NCBI GenBank assembly: GCA_019752235.1
Contig: JAIEMI010000056.1
Location: 12,865 to 76,864, forward strand
Reading direction: 5' to 3'
Origin: Rhodospirillaceae bacterium
GTDB taxonomy: Bacteria; Pseudomonadota; Alphaproteobacteria; Rhodospirillales; Rhodospirillaceae
DNA: 64,000 nt
In this document: positions 41,519 through 51,000 of the stretch, in pieces
Position numbering within the stretch: the stretch's first letter is position 1
How the letters are laid out: each line of letters starts with the position of its first letter
The notes under the pieces: model-generated
Told to the model about the DNA's origin: nothing
Databases searched by the model: none
Seen by the model: the letters and a program-made list of their open reading frames with translations, nothing else
Translations under genes and position numbers: made by a program

Positions 41519-43921
41519 ATGCGATTAAAGTTCTTTCTTAAGCTGCTATTGGGCGTGGTCCTTTCATGCGCTGCGCTTTCGGCCGCGTCTGCAGCCGGGG
41601 CGGACACGCGCATCGTTGAACGCGATGGGCGCAAGATCGCATTTCAGATCATTGCAGGGACGTCGCCGGCAATCGTTCTTGATGCAGGCGGTGGGGCTGA
41701 TTCTTCCTATTGGTCAACGCTTGCGCCAGAACTTTCCAAGCAGACGGGCGCGCAGATCATCACCTATGACCGTGCAGGCCTCGGCGGGAGCGACGACGTG
41801 CCGGGCCCGTGGAGTCTGACTGGCGCGATTGATGATCTGGAAGCCGGATTGCACGCTCTGGGCGCCACTCGCGGAATCATATTGGTTTCACATTCGCTGG
41901 CGGGTGAGGTCGCTACGGGAATCACCACACGACATCCCGATTGGTTTGCCGGTGCTGTGTTGGTCGATGCGAACATTCCGGACTTTTTTACGGACGAAAT
42001 GATCGCGCGTCAGGTCAAGGTATATACGCCGATACTGGAGAAAGTGCGAAAGGCTCCCTCTACGCCAGGTAATCGCCAGCTCTTAGCAATGGGAGCCGCA
42101 TTTGAGTCGGTCTCGCGGGCCTACCACAAGATGACGTGGCCAAACGCGGTTCCAGTTGCTGTGATTGTGGCGGAGAAAACGCCGCATTCGGATCCCGCCG
42201 ACGCGCAAGCCTGGCGCGATGCGCAAGCTCTCTTCGCCAGCAAGGCCGCAAATCGGTCGTTGATCGTTGCCGACAAGAGTTCGCACGATGTCGCGCATGA
42301 TCGCCCGGATGTCGTCCTGAATGCGATTTTTGCCATGCGCCGAGGACAAGGCGCAGCCGTAACGGGCGCCGCATACGACGTAGTGATTCGCAATGGCAAG
42401 CTCCTCGATGGCAGCGGAAATCCGTGGGTGGGTGCGGATGTCGCCATTAAGGACGGTCGCTTTGTACAGATAGGGACCGTGAGTGGGCGCGGGTCACGAG
42501 AGATTGACGCAACCGGACAATTTGTAACGCCGGGATGGATCGACGTTATGGATCAATCCGGCGAGAGTCTGCTTCAGAATGGCCGCGCCGAGAATAAGGT
42601 ATTACAGGGGGTTACAACGGCAGTCGCAGGCGAGAGTGGAACGCCTGTCGGGTCCGCCAAGCTTGCTGATTATTTCGACCGTCTAGAGAAACAGGGACTC
42701 TCGGTGAATTTCGGCACCCTCTATGGCGCAAGCCAAGCGCGTGTTGAGGTTATGGGAGATGTTGACGGCCTTCCCACGGCTGCGCAGCTCGATCAGGAGC
42801 GGGCGCATGTTGAAGAGGCGATGCGCGCCGGTGCCATGGGGCTCGGCACTGCGCTCATTTATGCCCCGGCGAGCTATCAGCAGACACCGGAGTTGGTGGA
42901 GCTCGCAAAGGTCGCCCACCGATACGGCGGCATCTATGCCCATCACATGCGCGACGAGGGTGAGACGCTGCTGCCGTCGATCGAAGAATCAATCGCTATT
43001 TCCGAGCAGAGCGGGATTCCTGTTGAAATTTACCATCTAAAAGCAGCTTTTGCGCCCGGATGGGGCAAGCTTATGCCCGCAGCCGGTAAGCTCATAGAAG
43101 ACGCACGTGCGCGCGGCATCGACATTGCTGCGGACATTTACCCCTACACCGCCGGAGGGACCGGGCTTGATATCACGGTTCCGAACTGGGTTTGGGCCGA
43201 AGGTAAGGAAAAGGGACTTATCAAGCTCGCGGATCCCGCCATTCGCTCAAAGCTAAAGAAGCAGGTAGCGGCAGGATCGATGCCGGGGTGGACCAACCTT
43301 GTCACCGCCTCGGGGGGATGGAACCACGTCGTTCTCGTGACGGCGCATAACGCTAAATATGATCAATATCGCTTCAAGGACATAGCTACGATCGCTCGTG
43401 CTCTTAATCGCGATCCCGCCGACGTCGCTTGGGACATCGTACTCGAAGGTGCGCCGCACCGGCCGATCGCGCTGTATTTCGGGATGAGCGAAAAGGATAT
43501 TGAAACTGCCCTGCGCTTCCCATGGACCAGTATCGGCACCGATGGCACGGCGACGTCCGGCGATCAGGAAGCAGACGGTCACCCTCGTGCATACGGCACG
43601 TTTCCGCGTGTCATATCCGAATATGTGCGTGAACGCGGCGTATTGAAGTTGGAAGACGCCATCCGGAAGATGACGTCTTGGCCCGCAGCGCGGTTCAAGC
43701 TCTTCGATCGCGGCGCTATTCGGGTGGGATTGCGCGCTGATGTGACGATCTTTGACTACGACAAGATCAAGGATATTGCCTCTTACGAGAAGCCCACAGC
43801 CTACCCTGAGGGCATCAGCTATGTGCTTGTAAACGGCGTGCCCGTCGTTGACGGCGGACGTCATACAGGAGCCAAGCCCGGTACAGTCATAAGAGGGCAA
43901 GGCTGGACCCAAGCAAAATAA
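41519..43921 (+). CDS. fusion protein: alpha/beta hydrolase (paralogue of 40615..41460) plus D-aminoacylase-type amidohydrolase
   Basis: Residues 1-280 align with the previous gene (IVERDGRKIAF, ILVSHSLAGE, HPDWFAGAV). From YDVVIRNGKLLDGSGNPWVGADVAIKDGRFVQIG onward it matches N-acyl-D-amino-acid deacylase (GWIDVMDQS, YAHHMRDEG, ADIYPY). Confidence 0.8.
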   Translation: MRLKFFLKLLLGVVLSCAALSAASAAGADTRIVERDGRKIAFQIIAGTSPAIVLDAGGGADSSYWSTLAPELSKQTGAQIITYDRAGLGGSDDVPGPWSLTGAIDDLEAGLHALGATRGIILVSHSLAGEVATGITTRHPDWFAGAVLVDANIPDFFTDEMIARQVKVYTPILEKVRKAPSTPGNRQLLAMGAAFESVSRAYHKMTWPNAVPVAVIVAEKTPHSDPADAQAWRDAQALFASKAANRSLIVADKSSHDVAHDRPDVVLNAIFAMRRGQGAAVTGAAYDVVIRNGKLLDGSGNPWVGADVAIKDGRFVQIGTVSGRGSREIDATGQFVTPGWIDVMDQSGESLLQNGRAENKVLQGVTTAVAGESGTPVGSAKLADYFDRLEKQGLSVNFGTLYGASQARVEVMGDVDGLPTAAQLDQERAHVEEAMRAGAMGLGTALIYAPASYQQTPELVELAKVAHRYGGIYAHHMRDEGETLLPSIEESIAISEQSGIPVEIYHLKAAFAPGWGKLMPAAGKLIEDARARGIDIAADIYPYTAGGTGLDITVPNWVWAEGKEKGLIKLADPAIRSKLKKQVAAGSMPGWTNLVTASGGWNHVVLVTAHNAKYDQYRFKDIATIARALNRDPADVAWDIVLEGAPHRPIALYFGMSEKDIETALRFPWTSIGTDGTATSGDQEADGHPRAYGTFPRVISEYVRERGVLKLEDAIRKMTSWPAARFKLFDRGAIRVGLRADVTIFDYDKIKDIASYEKPTAYPEGISYVLVNGVPVVDGGRHTGAKPGTVIRGQGWTQAK

Positions 43922-44007
43922 AACGACGCAGTATCGTTTCTGTCGTCTGCGTCCTCCCGAAAACGGGGTGTACGCAGATCGAGTCATTGTTTCTCAGAGG
44001 AAAGTAT

Positions 44008-45234
44008 ATGTCATCCCGCACATCGCACGCTCCGGCAGCGAGCGCTCCGCTCCTCCACTTTCATAACCCGAATGCTGAACCCTCCACACCTTATGACGCT
44101 GAACTTGAGTCAGTCCTCAACAAGGAGGGCGCTGCGGACGCAAAACGAGTCATACGCCAGTTGCCTTGGTATAACCCTACGCCTCTGCGCGAACTCAGTG
44201 GCCTGGCCAAAGCCATTGGTGTTGGGCGCATTTTCCTAAAAGATGAAAGCTCGCGATTTGGACTGAAAGCTCTCAAGGGCGTGGGGGGCGCTTATGCGAT
44301 CTATCGTCTGCTTGCAAAGAGGCTGCAGGATATCCCTGGCGCTGCGGAGAAAGACGTCAGCGACATTCTCAGTGGAAAGTATGCGGACATCGTCGGGTCC
44401 ATTACCGTTGCTTGCGCCACGACGGGCAATCATGGCCGTTCGGTGGCTTTCGCCGCAAAGTCCTTCGGGTGCCGTTGCAATATTTATGTTCCCCTGAATA
44501 CCAGCCCCGGACGGGTCTCGGCCTTACAGCAGCTCGGCGCGAACGTCGTGCGCATTGAGGGGAATTACGATCTGGCTGTTAAAGCCGTTGAAGCGGATGC
44601 GAAGAAGAACGGCTGGTACATCATATCGGATACCTCCTACGAGGGGCATGAGGACACGCCCCGCGACGTCATGCATGGCTACCAGGTTATCGCGGACGAA
44701 ATCGTAAATCAGCTTCCGACAGGGATCGTGCCAACGCACGTGTTTGTGCAGGCTGGTGTTGGAGGCATCGCTGCGGCGATGTGTTCGCACTTCTGGCAGA
44801 CGTGGGGAGCTCAGCGTCCGCGATTTATCATTGTCGAGTCTCGAGAGTCAAACTGCCTCTACCTCAGTGTCGAAAGTGGAAAGCTTGTCATCGTCGAAGG
44901 CGCCCATAATACGAAAATGTATGGCCTCGCCGCAGGTAAGCCTTCGCTGAATGCGCTCAAAATCCTGAAAAAAGGCGCGGACGACTTTCTCGCAATCGAC
45001 GACATCGAATCGTTCGAAGCCATGCGGCGGTTGGCTAGCCCAATCGACAGCGATCCGGCACTCGTGATTGGTGAGGCGGGTGGCGCTGGAGCCGGCGCAT
45101 TGCTCGCCATCATGGATCGTGACGTGAAACTGCGGGACGCCCTCGGCTTGACGGACCAAAGTGCCGTCCTGTTGTTCGGCACCGAGGGAGATACAGATCC
45201 TGAGAGTTACGCGGGAATAATTAGCGCGGCATAA
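44008..45234 (+). CDS. dpaL: diaminopropionate ammonia-lyase-like PLP enzyme
   Basis: YNPTPLREL...IFLKDESSRFGLKALKGVGGAYAI...ATTGNHGRSVA...FVQAGVGGIA...GTEGDTDPESY aligns closely with my recollection of E. coli YgeX/DpaL. Confidence 0.75.
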   Translation: MSSRTSHAPAASAPLLHFHNPNAEPSTPYDAELESVLNKEGAADAKRVIRQLPWYNPTPLRELSGLAKAIGVGRIFLKDESSRFGLKALKGVGGAYAIYRLLAKRLQDIPGAAEKDVSDILSGKYADIVGSITVACATTGNHGRSVAFAAKSFGCRCNIYVPLNTSPGRVSALQQLGANVVRIEGNYDLAVKAVEADAKKNGWYIISDTSYEGHEDTPRDVMHGYQVIADEIVNQLPTGIVPTHVFVQAGVGGIAAAMCSHFWQTWGAQRPRFIIVESRESNCLYLSVESGKLVIVEGAHNTKMYGLAAGKPSLNALKILKKGADDFLAIDDIESFEAMRRLASPIDSDPALVIGEAGGAGAGALLAIMDRDVKLRDALGLTDQSAVLLFGTEGDTDPESYAGIISAA

Positions 45235-45284
45235 CGCTCTTTTGTCGCAATGTCGGCACTCAGCCAGGGTGTGGAGAAGGAAAC

Positions 45285-45698
45285 ATGACATTTTTGAACG
45301 TGAAAGCCGGGCCCTTCAGCTTTTTGGCGCGGCTGGAAGAAACGCTCGCTCCCAAAACCTGCGCGTATTTTCTGGCACTCCTGCCGTACACACAAAAAAT
45401 CATTCACGTGCGTTGGAGTGGCGAGGCGTGCTGGATTCCGCTCGGCGATAACGCGCTGAGTTTTCCGGTAGAGAATGCCACCAGCTATCCCGCCCCGGGA
45501 CAGTTCATCTTCTATCCCGGAGGCTTTAGCGAAACCGAGATCTTGCTCGCTTATGGTGGGGTGAGGTTTGCGAGCAAACTTGGTCAGTTGGCGGGCAATC
45601 ACTTCCTCACGGTCGTGGAAGGCCTGGATCAGCTGAATAAACTTGGCCGACTGACACTCTGGGAAGGCGCTCAAGACATAACAGTTGAGCGCACGTAA
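45285..45698 (+). CDS. DUF3830-like (cyclophilin-like fold) protein
   Basis: FLARLEETLAPKTCAYFLALLPYTQKIIHVRWSGEACWIPLGD resembles the DUF3830 family as I remember it. Function is unknown. Confidence 0.5.
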   Translation: MTFLNVKAGPFSFLARLEETLAPKTCAYFLALLPYTQKIIHVRWSGEACWIPLGDNALSFPVENATSYPAPGQFIFYPGGFSETEILLAYGGVRFASKLGQLAGNHFLTVVEGLDQLNKLGRLTLWEGAQDITVERT

Positions 45699-45740
45699 GA
45701 GCGTGAGCCGGGCGGCCTCGCAAGAATAGGAGGGCGTACG

Positions 45741-46778
45741 TTGTTTATTCAGAATTGTTGGTATGTCGCGGCTTGGGACAAAGAAGTTCCGCGAGACGGC
45801 TTGTTCGCCCGCACCGTCGTTAACATGCCGCTGGTATTCGGCCGTGACGCCGCGGGCAAGGTGTTTGCCTTGCAAGACAGATGTTGCCACCGTGCCGCGC
45901 CTTTATCAAAAGGCCGCAAAGAGGGTGAGCACATCCGTTGCATGTATCATGGGCTTTTATTTGATAAGTCAGGCCAATGCATCGCGGTGCCGGCGCAGGA
46001 GCGCGTTCCTGCAGCGCTCAAAGTCCGGTCATTCCCGGTCGTGGAGACGCATAGATGGATCTGGGTGTGGATGGGTGCTCCGGAATTGGCCGATACTGCT
46101 CTTATTCCCAGCACGCCCTGGCTTGATCACCCCGCATGGCGGGCTTTGGACGGTTATGTCCATTACGACACCAATTATCTGTTGATTGCCGACAATTTGC
46201 TCGACTTCTCGCACCTTCCATACCTTCACCCAACCACGTTGGGAGGATCTCCCGACTATGCAGCGGTGCTTCCTCACGTTGAACGCAAGGAACGCGGCAT
46301 CCATTTGACAAAATGGGTAAAGAACACAGAGGCGCCGCTCTATGCGGCTGAATACGGTGGTTTTAAGCCTGGCGCCAAAGTCGACCGCTGGATGTTCTAC
46401 GAGTTTTTGATTCCCGGCGTACTGCTGATGGATTCGGGAATGACTGCTGCGGGACACGGCGATAAGGACGGTTTTCGCGAAAAGTCTCTTGCCTTCCGAG
46501 GCTGCCAAGCCCTTACGCCGGAAACCGACAATTCCACGCACTATTTCTTCGCTCATCCGCACAACTTCCTGATTGACCGCCCGGACGTAACGCAATCGAT
46601 TCACAATGGCATTCTGACCGCGTTCGATGAGGACCGGGAGATGATTACGGCACAAGACCGCAATTTGCGGCTTGATCCGGATTTTAAAATGGCGGTGCTT
46701 TCCGTGGATGCGGCGGTTGGCCAATTCCGTAGATTGGTCGATCGCTATATCATCAGCGAGACCAAGCCAGCGAATTAG
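45741..46778 (+). CDS. Rieske [2Fe-2S] aromatic-ring-hydroxylating / O-demethylase oxygenase component (VanA/PaO-like)
   Basis: Rieske motif CCHRAAPLSKG...IRCMYHGLLF. The catalytic domain has NLLDFSHLPYLH. TTG start with an AGGAGGG RBS. Confidence 0.8.
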   Translation: MFIQNCWYVAAWDKEVPRDGLFARTVVNMPLVFGRDAAGKVFALQDRCCHRAAPLSKGRKEGEHIRCMYHGLLFDKSGQCIAVPAQERVPAALKVRSFPVVETHRWIWVWMGAPELADTALIPSTPWLDHPAWRALDGYVHYDTNYLLIADNLLDFSHLPYLHPTTLGGSPDYAAVLPHVERKERGIHLTKWVKNTEAPLYAAEYGGFKPGAKVDRWMFYEFLIPGVLLMDSGMTAAGHGDKDGFREKSLAFRGCQALTPETDNSTHYFFAHPHNFLIDRPDVTQSIHNGILTAFDEDREMITAQDRNLRLDPDFKMAVLSVDAAVGQFRRLVDRYIISETKPAN

Positions 46779-46789
46779 TCTGGATTGGC

Positions 46790-47902
46790 TTAAAGCGGCA
46801 CGGCCTTTTTCCGGAAAATCTGCCACAAGCCAAATGTCATAAGCGGTAAGACGTAAATCGCTAAAAATAAGTAGGACAGCCATTTGTAGCCATTGGCTAT
46901 TAGCGAAATCAGCCCGATGCGGTCCGCTACAAAAATAGAGCCGATCAAGATTGCGACCGTTATCGTTAGCCGAAGCCGATTGGACAAGGGTTTTTGTACG
47001 CGCGCTTGGTAGGCGCCCGCAATCCGCTCGTTTATGGCGTGAACCAGCCCCGTACCACTTTCGAGAAGAGCCGCAAAAATCATTGCCTGAAAGGTTATAC
47101 GGAAGAGAGGCAAATTCAGTTGTTCGAGCATGAAGTCGGAAGGCAGGGCTTGGTTGCTGATTTCCGGGTAGAAAGCCGTCATGCAAACGAAGAAGAGTAT
47201 GGCGGGGATCATCGCAAGGGGCCCGGCTAAGGCGCCGGCGATAACGGCGTCCTTCGGCCCTTGCAGGTGTCGTATTACCGGCAAGATGGTCACGGCGCCG
47301 AGGATATTATAACCGGCGTAACTCATGCCGCCGGTGAACCACCCAGTTGTTGGTGTGTCAGTGGAGAACGCTAGCGGGATACGTGCACCGAAATGAAGCA
47401 GCGCCAAAACAAGAAAGGCGGCGTAGGTCGCATAGAGGAAAAACGAGACATACTTGAATAACCGCTCGACGGAATCATTCCCAAATGTCGCAAATGCGGC
47501 AATTGCGGCGCTCAGAAGCAATCCCCCGACGATGGCCGGCCACCCCATAACCGCATGACCGATTGCGCCGGCGGCGGCGGCAAAGACCGCCAGTATCACC
47601 ATCATTCCCAGAAAAAATGAAATTTCGAATACGGGCCAAAGCGGCCCCAAGAGGTGATTAAAGAAGGTTCGATAGTCGCGGCTCTTGGTTTGCTGCGCAT
47701 ATAAAAAGGTCACTACGCAGACCGCGCTCCACACAACGGTCGCCAGAAGCATTCCATAGAGCCCGCCGCGGGGTCCGCTCGGCATGAAGAATGTCACCAG
47801 CTCGGCGCCCGTCGCATAGCCGCCGCCGATGACAACGGCCTTGAATGCAAAGCCGGGCAATAGGAAACGGTGAAACCAAGTGGAGTTCGAATTCACGCCC
47901 AT
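46790..47902 (-). CDS. polytopic membrane protein, YkvI-like putative transporter
   Basis: 370 aa with about 10-11 TM helices. The N-terminal VIGGGYATGAELVTFF resembles YkvI-type VGAGFASGQEI..FF. Confidence 0.5.
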   Translation of the reverse strand: MGVNSNSTWFHRFLLPGFAFKAVVIGGGYATGAELVTFFMPSGPRGGLYGMLLATVVWSAVCVVTFLYAQQTKSRDYRTFFNHLLGPLWPVFEISFFLGMMVILAVFAAAAGAIGHAVMGWPAIVGGLLLSAAIAAFATFGNDSVERLFKYVSFFLYATYAAFLVLALLHFGARIPLAFSTDTPTTGWFTGGMSYAGYNILGAVTILPVIRHLQGPKDAVIAGALAGPLAMIPAILFFVCMTAFYPEISNQALPSDFMLEQLNLPLFRITFQAMIFAALLESGTGLVHAINERIAGAYQARVQKPLSNRLRLTITVAILIGSIFVADRIGLISLIANGYKWLSYLFLAIYVLPLMTFGLWQIFRKKAVPL

Positions 47903-47963
47903 CTCCCTAAATATGGCTACCGCGCAAACGGGCGGTCTGTATCCAATATGGAAATGATATTAT

Positions 47964-47994
47964 AAATAGAAAATAATTATCCCAAATAGAAAAT
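47964..47994. promoter_or_regulatory. two exact copies of AAATAGAAAAT spaced 20 bp apart in an AT-rich divergent promoter region
   Basis: The copies are at 47964-47974 and 47984-47994, between the YkvI-like gene and the indolepyruvate oxidoreductase gene. A near copy (AAATAGAAAAAT) is at 52353-52364 in another divergent promoter region. Confidence 0.4.
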
Positions 47995-48056
47995 TTGTCT
48001 TTCCATCAGGCTAAGGGTCCCACAAAATGGGGGCAACCCCGCCTCGGAATTCAAAT

Positions 48057-51000
48057 ATGACTGGTCCTCGCCCAATTAAGCTTTCCGACAAGTATCTGCT
48101 CGCCGAGGGGCGCGCGCTTGTGAGTGGCCGGCAAGCCCTTGTTCGCCTTCCAATTTTGCAAAGAGCGCTTGATCGGCGGCGCGGATGGAACACTGCGGGG
48201 TATATCAGCGGCTATCGTGGCTCGCCCCTCGGGGGCTATGACGCCGAACTTCAAAAAGCCTCTCAGGAGCTTCGCGATAACAACATCACGTTCGAGCCGG
48301 GCGTAAATGAAGATTTAGCTCTGACGGCCGTTGCCGGCACGCAACAGCTCGGTTTTGTGCCGGGTGCGCAAGTCGAGGGCGTGTTTGGCTTCTGGTATGG
48401 AAAAGGACCTGGCGTCGACCGCTCCGGCGACGCGATTAAGCATGCAAATCTTCAAGGCGTCGCCCCCTTAGGTGGGGTTGTCTTGCTTTTCGGCGACGAC
48501 CACGCCGGAAAATCTTCGACCACCTCTCATCAAAGCGACTTAACACTCGCGAGCTGGGGCGTGCCCGTTCTCTATCCGAGTTCCGTCGCGGAAATTCTGG
48601 AGTTCGGCCTCGCGGCGGTGGCGATGTCGCGATATTCCGGGCTCTTAGTAGGTCTAAAACTCGTGAATGAAACGGCGGAATCCACAGAGGTTCTCGATTT
48701 AGTGGCGCCACGGGATTTTGATACGCCGGACGTACCTATGCCGGCAGGGGGCGTCCACATTCGGCCTGAAATACTTGCTATGCAGCAACAGGAAATGCGC
48801 TTAGTGCGTTACAAGCTTCCTCGGGCCGAAGCGTTCGCGCGGGCAAATAAACTAGACCGCATCGCGTTCGGCGCAGAAACACCCAAGTTTCTGATAGCAA
48901 CCGCGGGAAAGGCCTTCGCGGATGTCCTGGCGGCCCTGGAAATGCTTGGCGTGGATGAAGCCACGGCTAAGCGTATGGGACTCGGCGTCTACAAAATAGC
49001 CCTCTTATTCCCTTTAGATTCTGGTCGTCTCACCGAAGTGGCTCAGGCTGCAACAGAAATTATCTTCGTTGAGGAAAAGCGTCCCCATGCGGAAAGCCAA
49101 GCAAAGGCGTTACTGTTCAACCAGAATATTCGGCCGCGTATCAGCGGTAAAGTCGCGCCCGATGGAAGTCCGTTGCTACCGTCGGATTTGCCGCTGAATG
49201 GACTGATGGTTGCGGGTGCAATCGCCGACCGATTACAGGCATGCTTGCAGAATATCGCCGAGATTGCCCCGCACGTCCTGATCGCGGCTGAGGCGGTGCG
49301 TGCACGCTTGATGCAAGCGAAGCCGCCGTCCCCACCAGCCGCTCGCCGCCCGGCATTTTGTTCGGGCTGCCCGCATAACACGTCGACCAAGGTTCCTGTG
49401 GGTGCAATAGGCTCTACCGGTATCGGATGTCATGGCATGGCCGTGTTCCATCCCGAGCGTAATCCTATTCCCATGGGGCATATGGGCGCCGAAGGCGCTA
49501 ATTGGATCGGGTTGTCAAAATTCACAAGCACGCAACACATCTTCCAAAATCTCGGCGACGGGACTTACAACCACTCGGGTTCCTTGGCGATCAGGGCTGC
49601 GGTTCAAGCGAAGACCAATATTACATACAAAATTCTGTTTAACGATGCGGTGGCGATGACGGGCGGGCAGCCTGTCGAAGGTGGGCTCACGGTCGCGCGC
49701 ATTGTTGAGCAGGTCAGAGCGGAAGGCGTTCACCGCATCGTTGTTGTTTCCGAGGATCCAGAACGTTTTTCGACGGATCCTTTGCCGCCGGCCGCGGAAC
49801 TCCTGCATCGTGACGAACTCGGTGTGGTCCAGGAGGAGTTACACAAGGCCGCCGGTGTCAGCGTTTTGATCTATGACCAGGTTTGCGCCGCGGAGAAGCG
49901 CAGGCGCCGTAAAATCGGAATCCTTCCTGACCCGGATCATCGCATTTTCATAAATGCGCTCGTCTGCGAAGGGTGTGGAGATTGTTCGGTACAATCCAAT
50001 TGTCTGGCCATTCAGCCGCTGGAAACAGAACTGGGCCGGAAACGGAAAATCGACCAGTCAGCTTGCAACAAGGACATCTCGTGCGTGAAGGGCTTCTGTC
50101 CATCGTTTGTGACGGTGGAAGGGGGGCGCCCGCGGAAATCTGCTGCACCCGAGCCGCAATCTGAGTCTGTGTTACCCATGCCCCATCTCCCCGCCATGAC
50201 GCACAAGTTCGACATGGTCATCGCCGGTATCGGCGGCACGGGGGTGGTGACGGTAAGCGCCATTCTGGGTATGGCGGCGCGGATTGAAGGCTATGGTGTC
50301 AACCTCTTCGATATGACTGGGCTTAGTCAAAAAGGGGGAGCTGTTTTCAGTCACGTGCGGTTTAGCCGAGATCCGGACACAATCGTCGCGGCCAAGGTCG
50401 GGCCCGGTCAAGCGGATCTCATCCTTGGATGCGATCTTATCGCTGCGAATCAGCCCGAATGTTTGGATGCGATTGCTGAGGGTACACTGGTCGTCGCGAA
50501 TACGGATATCGCGGCCACGGCGGCCTTCCAGGCCAATCGAGATCTTGCAATAGACCGCGCCGCCCTCACATCGACAATTGCCAAGGTATCCGGCAAAGAG
50601 CCTTTTCTCGTCCCAGCATCCAGCGCTGCGGAATCACTTCTTGGCGACGGAATCTACGCAAATTTATTTATGCTCGGGTACGCATGGCAACTTGGCGGTA
50701 TCCCTCTTGAGCTGCGATCGATTGAACAGGCGATTGAACTCAACGGTAAAGCTGCGGCAGTTAATCTTCGCGCGTTTGCCATGGGGCGGCGCGCTGCTTT
50801 CGCGCCTCCACCCCAAGTCGCCGTGTCGCAGACATTAGAGCAGTTTATAGAGCAGCGGACTGAGGATTTGGTTCGTTATTGGAATAAGGCCTATGGTCGG
50901 CGCTATTCCGAGCTCATGCATACTGTCTATGAAGCCGCGGCCCCATACGGCGAAGGCAAATCATTCGCGTGGGCCGTAGCGCGTTCGGCGTATAAGGTGA

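Noticed and set aside
43253-47186. Long antisense ORFs (43253..43987, 45207..45890, 46029..47186)
   Set aside because: Each overlaps a well-supported gene on the other strand (the D-aminoacylase fusion, the DUF3830 and Rieske genes, and the Rieske and YkvI-like genes). Their compositions are typical of GC-rich shadow frames.
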